Positions 58,837 through 64,000 of a DNA stretch of 64,000 nucleotides are shown piece by piece. The stretch is from Thermoplasmata archaeon. GTDB taxonomy: Archaea > Thermoplasmatota > Penumbrarchaeia > JAEHCK01. The position numbers and the translations under genes are program-made. The DNA lies in contig JAEHCK010000002.1 in the NCBI GenBank assembly GCA_020696345.1, positions 6,057 through 70,056 on the forward strand, written 5' to 3'. Each line of letters begins with the position of its first letter. Position 1 is the stretch's first letter. The notes beneath the pieces are model-generated. The model had not been told where the DNA came from and made no database searches. It saw only the letters and a program-made list of their open reading frames with translations.

Positions 58837-59286
58837 TTAATTTCCACAGCTATGACAATCATCAACACAAGCAGCCTTTGATTTATCTTTTTCGTCGTCA
58901 GGTAATTCACCTTTTTTCCGCTTGTAATCTTTAATTGCCTCGTGTAGTGCGTCCGCCGCCAGGTTCGAGCAGTGCATCTTCTTCGGTGGCAGACCGTCAA
59001 GCTCGTTGGCCACATCCTTGCGTGTGATCTTCATTGCCTCTTCTATGTTCATCCCCATCGCAAGCTCGGTAACCATGCTGCTCGTGGCGATAGCCGAACC
59101 GCAGCCGAATGTCTTGAACTTGATATCTGTTATTTTATCATCTTCTACTTTTATGTATATTTCCATTAGGTCCCCGCAAACGGGGTTGCCAACTTTTCCG
59201 TACCCGTCCGGATCTTCTATGGTTCCCACATTACGTGGGTTCATGAAATGCTCCATTACTTTTTCACTATATCCTACATCTGCCAT
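58837..59286 (-). CDS. iscU: Fe-S scaffold IscU/NifU
   Basis: YSEKVMEHF.NPRNVG, GNPVCGD, TFGCGSAIA, PKKMHCSNL; start MADVGY after AGGTGA. Confidence 0.95.
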   Translation of the reverse strand: MADVGYSEKVMEHFMNPRNVGTIEDPDGYGKVGNPVCGDLMEIYIKVEDDKITDIKFKTFGCGSAIATSSMVTELAMGMNIEEAMKITRKDVANELDGLPPKKMHCSNLAADALHEAIKDYKRKKGELPDDEKDKSKAACVDDCHSCGN

Positions 59287-59361
59287 ATTGATCACCTGTT
59301 TTAATTGATATTGGTAAACTTCTAAATCTGTATTGATCATTATTGAATTTTGATATTATTT

Positions 59362-59436
59362 GGAGTTTGTGAGTTTAGGGAGTTGAGAGTTTTGGGAGTT
59401 AAATGTGTTAATAGTCCCTGACTCCAAACTCCCGAC
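59362..59436. repeat. Periodic inverted-arm element
   Basis: Five gagtt units, then ccctgactccaaactcccgac. Confidence 0.6.
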
Positions 59437-59458
59437 ACCTATCTTTATTGCTCATTTA

Positions 59459-60613
59459 TTATGCGAGTGGTGATAATTTTCTCAACCTTTCAACGGTCTC
59501 CTTTACAGCCTTTACCACTCCAGGTACTTGGTCCATCGAATTTGATGTTCCCAGAGTTATCACCATTGACCCGTGCGCCTCCTCGTGTTTCAGCCCTATC
59601 GCTAATAGTACATGTGATGCTTCCAGTGTCTTTGAAGAGCATGCTGAACCCGTGGAGATCTGGATATCGTACATATCCATGTTCAGCAGTATGCTTTCGC
59701 CCTCGATATGGCTGAACCTGAAACTTGCATGATGGGGCAGCCGCAGTGTTCGATGCCCGGTCAAGTATGAATCGTCAATTTTCAAGATATCTTCTATCAA
59801 CTTATCTCTGATCGCCTGTAACCGTGAACTTTCCTCGGCTAGCTCGGTTTTTGCGATCAGCGCAGCCTCGCCGAACCCGGCAATGGCAAATATGTTCTCT
59901 GTCCCTGCGCGCAAGCCGCGCTCCTGGCCGCCGCCAAGCATCACAGGTTGAAGCTTGACGCCCGGCTTTATATACAATGCACCGGCGCCTCGCGGGCCGT
60001 ATAGGTCATTCGATGATAATGATAACAGGTCGATCCCGTCACCCTGTACATCGATGTGGATCTTTCCCGCTGCCGCAGTTGCGTCAACATGAAGATAATG
60101 ACCCTTTTCATGTACGATCTCGCTTATCTCTTTGATCGGTTCTATTGTTCCTATCTCGTTGTTTGCGTACATGATCGAGGTCACAACAGTATTCTTTGTT
60201 ACGATCTCTTTCAATTTGTCTAGCATCAGAAGCCCAGTGTTATCCACCGGCACCTGAGTGAATGTGAACTCGTGTTTTTGCAGTTCTTTCATAGGGTTTA
60301 TCACGGATATGTGCTCGATCGCAGATGCCACGACCTCTTTACCCAGGCCGATGTTGCGCTGTGCCGTGCCCCTGATCGCAAGATTGTTCGCCTCTGTTGC
60401 GCCGCCGGTGAATATTATGTTTTTTTCGTCTTCAGCATTTATCAGCCCAGCTACCTTCTCTCTGGCAGCCTCAATGGCACGCATGGCTTCCAGGCCGGCA
60501 GAGTGCAGTGATGATGGGTTGCCGATCTCGCTGCCAAGATATTGTTTTGCAAACTCCAGCACACGCAGGTCAACGGGCATTGTTGATGCGTGATCTAAAT
60601 ATATCTTTTCCAT
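59459..60613 (-). CDS. iscS: Cysteine desulfurase
   Basis: YLDHAST, GNPSSLH, FTGGATEANN, ANNEIG, STGSACSS. The PLP-lysine motif reads SSNDLYGP rather than S.HK.YGP. Confidence 0.9.
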   Translation of the reverse strand: MEKIYLDHASTMPVDLRVLEFAKQYLGSEIGNPSSLHSAGLEAMRAIEAAREKVAGLINAEDEKNIIFTGGATEANNLAIRGTAQRNIGLGKEVVASAIEHISVINPMKELQKHEFTFTQVPVDNTGLLMLDKLKEIVTKNTVVTSIMYANNEIGTIEPIKEISEIVHEKGHYLHVDATAAAGKIHIDVQGDGIDLLSLSSNDLYGPRGAGALYIKPGVKLQPVMLGGGQERGLRAGTENIFAIAGFGEAALIAKTELAEESSRLQAIRDKLIEDILKIDDSYLTGHRTLRLPHHASFRFSHIEGESILLNMDMYDIQISTGSACSSKTLEASHVLLAIGLKHEEAHGSMVITLGTSNSMDQVPGVVKAVKETVERLRKLSPLA

Positions 60614-60642
60614 ATTATTCTACCCAACCTTTTTATTTCCAA

Positions 60643-61005
60643 TTAAAACCACATGGTTGCTCCGGCATCCAATGCCAGGTCGTTCAATGTTGCCGCGCCC
60701 ACGATCTTGACCCCCAGCCGAAGCTCTACCCTCTCCCAGCCGAGCATCTGCTTCGAGGCTTCGCAGACCATGATCTCGATGCCCATGTCCAATGTTCTCT
60801 GTATCATCTCGTCGACACTGGGGAATGAGCCCATTTTGATCTTCTTGGCCTCGCCGGGCAGTAAAACTTTCAAGCCCATACCCATATAATACACCTTTGG
60901 GTTCAGGTCCATCATTTTTGCGGTCTGGGCCAGAACCAACGGTGAATACTGCCGTTCTGGTGCGTCACTCGTCTGGACATACAATATAAATTTATCATCT
61001 TTCAT
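60643..61005 (-). CDS. DsrE/DsrF-like protein
   Basis: 120 aa, GIEIMVCEAS...GVKIVGAAT; lies between tusA and iscS. Confidence 0.8.
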   Translation of the reverse strand: MKDDKFILYVQTSDAPERQYSPLVLAQTAKMMDLNPKVYYMGMGLKVLLPGEAKKIKMGSFPSVDEMIQRTLDMGIEIMVCEASKQMLGWERVELRLGVKIVGAATLNDLALDAGATMWF

Positions 61006-61034
61006 TATCGATCCTCCTTATAATTAACAAAGTC

Positions 61035-61274
61035 CTATTTCGTCTTTTTAATATAAAACGTCAAGATCGTGCCTTCTTTTTTAAAGCTTAATATCTCATG
61101 GCCTGTGCGTTTTGCCCACGCTTTGATATCCTCTTCCGCTGCTGGATCATCGGCCTCGATCCTCAACACATGGCCTACATCTAAGGTGTCAATTTTCTCT
61201 TTTGTCTGTGCAATTGGCATTGGACAAAATAGGCCTACGCAATCCAATTCTTCATCATAATCTTCTTCAGGCAT
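61035..61274 (-). CDS. tusA: Sulfur carrier TusA family
   Basis: LDCVGLFCPMP, ADDPAAEEDI.AW..RTGH; start MPEED. Confidence 0.92.
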   Translation of the reverse strand: MPEEDYDEELDCVGLFCPMPIAQTKEKIDTLDVGHVLRIEADDPAAEEDIKAWAKRTGHEILSFKKEGTILTFYIKKTK

Positions 61275-61307
61275 TCTCCAACACTCCCTATCCATAATTT
61301 TATTCAT

Positions 61308-61466
61308 TTATATCTTTTCGAAAGCATCTTTGCCTGCACCACAGACTGGGCAGACCCAATCATCCGGCAGGTCATCAAAACTCGTTCCCGCAGCAACACC
61401 ATTATCCGGGTCACCCTTTTCAGGATCATATACATATGCACATATATTACATTCGTATTTATCCAA
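61308..61466 (-). CDS. Rubredoxin (52 aa)
   Basis: Not in track. TTG start after GAGGAGGTG; [20 protein letters not shown]...[23 protein letters not shown]. Confidence 0.95.
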   Translation of the reverse strand: MDKYECNICAYVYDPEKGDPDNGVAAGTSFDDLPDDWVCPVCGAGKDAFEKI

Positions 61467-61552
61467 TCTTACACCTCCTCGATATCTATCTTTTTTCCAT
61501 ATTAATTAATAAAAAAATGCGTTGTTTATCGATCGTTCTGCGAAGCATTTTT

Positions 61553-61963
61553 TTATATTAGGCAATCTTTACAGACACCCTTGAAATAACCGTGAACCTC
61601 TTCGATCTTATGCTGACCCTTCAACATCTTTTCCAGATAAGGACAATCCACATCAATATCAATTATGGTTCCGCATATTCTGCACAGGAAATGATGATGT
61701 GGTTTGACATTGAAATCATATCTCATTTCAGATGTTGATATCGTTAATAAATGAATTATCTTATGTTGATAAAGTTTATCCAGAGAATTGTAAATAGTAG
61801 TCTTTGACAGTGATGGGTTCCGTTTTTTCAAGGCCGAGTAGATCATATTGGCAGTTGGATGTGTTTTGATCTTTGCAAGGTATTTAAGGATCTCCAACCT
61901 CTGCGGAGTTACCTTCAGGTCATGTTTTTTTAATAACTGAACGAATTCATCCATGTTGACCAC
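61553..61963 (-). CDS. Fur/PerR family transcriptional repressor
   Basis: KVTPQRLEIL, HPTA, TTIYNSL, RYD...HHHFLCRICG, GVCKDC. Confidence 0.95.
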   Translation of the reverse strand: MVNMDEFVQLLKKHDLKVTPQRLEILKYLAKIKTHPTANMIYSALKKRNPSLSKTTIYNSLDKLYQHKIIHLLTISTSEMRYDFNVKPHHHFLCRICGTIIDIDVDCPYLEKMLKGQHKIEEVHGYFKGVCKDCLI

Positions 61964-61988
61964 TGCACTTTGTTACGGTTTCTAACTT

Positions 61989-62016
61989 GTAATGATTACC
62001 ACCTTGTAGTAACTAC
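61989..62016. promoter_or_regulatory. Putative Fur/PerR operator (two 5-1-5 palindromes)
   Basis: GTAAT-G-ATTAC (61989-61999) and GTAGT-A-ACTAC (62006-62016), 17 nt apart, between a minus-strand TATA-like TTAAGTA (~62024-62030) and the start codon. Confidence 0.6.
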
Positions 62017-62086
62017 TAACAGGTACTTAACTGTTTCTACAGGATTTGGGTCAACTAGAACACATTTGTACATCCACACTAATTCT

Positions 62087-62761
62087 TCAAACCTCCCGGC
62101 ATGACACCTGCTGGCATAACCCGTCATGCGCCGCATGTTGACCTAGATCGAATGCATTGATGTTCTGTTCGAGCGCCTTACTTGGCACCACCTTTTCCAG
62201 GCCTCTTTTCATGTTTTGTGTGGATACGGGCAAATCCGCGAGAGCAGATAACGCCCCGATAAAGACCGCATTTTCGGTGAGTTTATTGCCCGCCTCAACT
62301 GCAAGAGCAAGTCCATCTATCGTGAAGATATTTTTTGTTACCTTGTTCAAGTTTTCCAATACTGCATCCAAGGCGAGAAAGTCCGTGCTTTTTTCTTTCG
62401 AGTGCGTTGCAACTTCAATGGGCGGGTGTATGATCCTGTTGTTCATGATCACCACACCGTCGTCTTTGAGGTATTCAATGTAACGTAAAGCCTCCATTGC
62501 CTCCAGCGCAACGATCGCATTGGCCTCGCCATAGGGTATCAACGGCGATATTGCCGAGCCACCAATGCGCATGTGGATATAGACCGAACCGCTCCGCTGC
62601 GATAACCCGTGGAGCTCGCCGGTGAATGCACGTACGCCTTCATGGGCGCATGCATGACCGATGGCATTGGACAGCATTACGATGCCCTGGCCGCCAACAC
62701 CAACAAGCACGATATCAAATGCCTTTTCATTCTCGGGTTTTGAACCACCATTCATGTTCAT
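62087..62761 (-). CDS. iorB: Indolepyruvate:ferredoxin oxidoreductase beta subunit
   Basis: GVGGQG, ELHGLSQRSGSV, SPLIP, ALEAMEALR. Confidence 0.92.
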   Translation of the reverse strand: MNMNGGSKPENEKAFDIVLVGVGGQGIVMLSNAIGHACAHEGVRAFTGELHGLSQRSGSVYIHMRIGGSAISPLIPYGEANAIVALEAMEALRYIEYLKDDGVVIMNNRIIHPPIEVATHSKEKSTDFLALDAVLENLNKVTKNIFTIDGLALAVEAGNKLTENAVFIGALSALADLPVSTQNMKRGLEKVVPSKALEQNINAFDLGQHAAHDGLCQQVSCREV

Positions 62762-64000
62762 TTTTCCACCTCCGGCTTGGGGTTAGAATTGGTGTTTGAG
62801 TTGGAAACCTTACCCTGATCACCAATGGGGTGTATCACCCCGAACGGGCAGATCTTCGCACACACACCGCAGCCGTCACAGATATCCGGTTGTATATGAG
62901 ATGCCCTATCATCGGTATCAAATGTGATGGCCGGGCAATGGAAATCCCGAATACACGTATGCGGTTTTTTACATGAGGCCTTGTCGACCTCATTGGGGAT
63001 GATCGGGATCTTCGACCTGCGCTTGATCCGGTCGCCGTGTAATGCGCACGACCTGCGTGAGATCACCACTGCCGGACCCTTGAAATCAAACGCGGCTCTA
63101 AGTATTTTGATATTGTTCTTAACATCATACGAGTCCATGACCTCACAGTGCGGGACACCTATGCCTTTACAGACATTTTCGATCAATATTCTTTTTTTAC
63201 CGGCCGGTAGCCCGCGGCCCTCCGGTGTGCCCGGATGCAACTGCTGGCCGGTCATTGCGGTGACTTCGTTGTCGAGCACGATCAATGTAATGTTTAGATC
63301 ATGATACACCGCGTTCACGAGCCCTGGCAGTGCAGCATGGAAGAATGTGGAATCGCCAACCGTGCACATGACCTCGTCCTCCAGTACCTGTGCCATGCCG
63401 GCCGATAAACCCAACGAAGAGCCCATGGATAATAGTGAGACCGACATGTTCAGCGGTGGAAAATACGCCATTGAATAGCAGCCGATGTCGTTATTGAACA
63501 CCACATCTCTACCGCGCAGTACCTGTTGAAGCGACCAGAACGTTGCCCTGTGCGGACAGCCCGCACAGAATACGGGCATTCGCGGCGGTAGTATTGTTTT
63601 AAGATCATTGGCACGCTTCAAAACCGCATCATAATCTGTTGATGGTGTAATGTCTAGTGCCGAGGAAATGCCGTTTACTACGATCGGAACATTATACTCC
63701 AGCGCCTCGCTGAAATGGCCCGTATCTTTACCGTAAATTGTTAGATCCAAGCCAGCATTTCTCGCGAACCTTCGTGCATTGTGCTCCAGATATGGCGAAA
63801 GCTCTTCAACTACGATCAATGTCTTCAGACCCTTCATGAACTCTATTATTTTCTTTTCAGGCAACGGGTAAGTTGTGCCTAGCTTTAGGATATGAGGTTT
63901 AAGCTGTAGTTTATTGGATGCATCTACGGCATAGCTGTAACCCACACCAGAGGTTAATATTCCAAGGTCGCCGTCACCGGTGGTGATAATATTATATTTA
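62758..64000 (-). CDS. iorA: Indolepyruvate:ferredoxin oxidoreductase alpha subunit, partial (5' end outside window)
   Basis: Frame is open to the window end. VVEEL, FCAGCPHR, DIGCY, GDSTFFH, LDNEVTAMTGQQ, C-terminal ferredoxin cysteines. Confidence 0.94.
   Translation of the reverse strand, partial: KYNIITTGDGDLGILTSGVGYSYAVDASNKLQLKPHILKLGTTYPLPEKKIIEFMKGLKTLIVVEELSPYLEHNARRFARNAGLDLTIYGKDTGHFSEALEYNVPIVVNGISSALDITPSTDYDAVLKRANDLKTILPPRMPVFCAGCPHRATFWSLQQVLRGRDVVFNNDIGCYSMAYFPPLNMSVSLLSMGSSLGLSAGMAQVLEDEVMCTVGDSTFFHAALPGLVNAVYHDLNITLIVLDNEVTAMTGQQLHPGTPEGRGLPAGKKRILIENVCKGIGVPHCEVMDSYDVKNNIKILRAAFDFKGPAVVISRRSCALHGDRIKRRSKIPIIPNEVDKASCKKPHTCIRDFHCPAITFDTDDRASHIQPDICDGCGVCAKICPFGVIHPIGDQGKVSNSNTNSNPKPEVEK

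Overview
Archaeal chromosomal DNA, most likely from an uncultured anaerobic Thermoplasmatota-type euryarchaeon. This is inferred from the GGR, RFC, FtsZ2 with an upstream RHH gene, eL41/aS32, methanogen-type SerRS, BHB tRNA introns and large PKD/cadherin-like surface proteins. The window holds seven large secreted or membrane-anchored proteins; folC; a coenzyme M-like cluster (APS reductase, cysteate synthase, fused ComDE, UPF0280); ferredoxin plus GGR; an HD hydrolase; ftsZ; rfcS; trxB; nadE with a divergent nitrilase; tRNA-Gln, tRNA-Glu (59-nt intron) and tRNA-Trp (172-nt intron with a box C/D guide); a hydratase/carboxyltransferase/HMG-CoA reductase cluster; nadA; a divergent QueF; a DRG GTPase; serS; a Fur/PerR-led oxidative-stress and Fe-S block; and iorAB. 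The most striking unexplained signal is non-coding. Most larger intergenic gaps hold palindromic elements built from 7-8 nt or 27-28 nt periodic arms. Some are nested, some recently duplicated, one lies in frame in a protein tail, and one brackets a four-helix-bundle (IVP/bAvd-like) gene. Also notable are an array of tRNA-Glu 3' ends spaced about 188 nt apart and a shared PQLPP-type motif in the cytoplasmic tails of unrelated surface proteins. All calls come from reading the sequence by eye; no searches were run.
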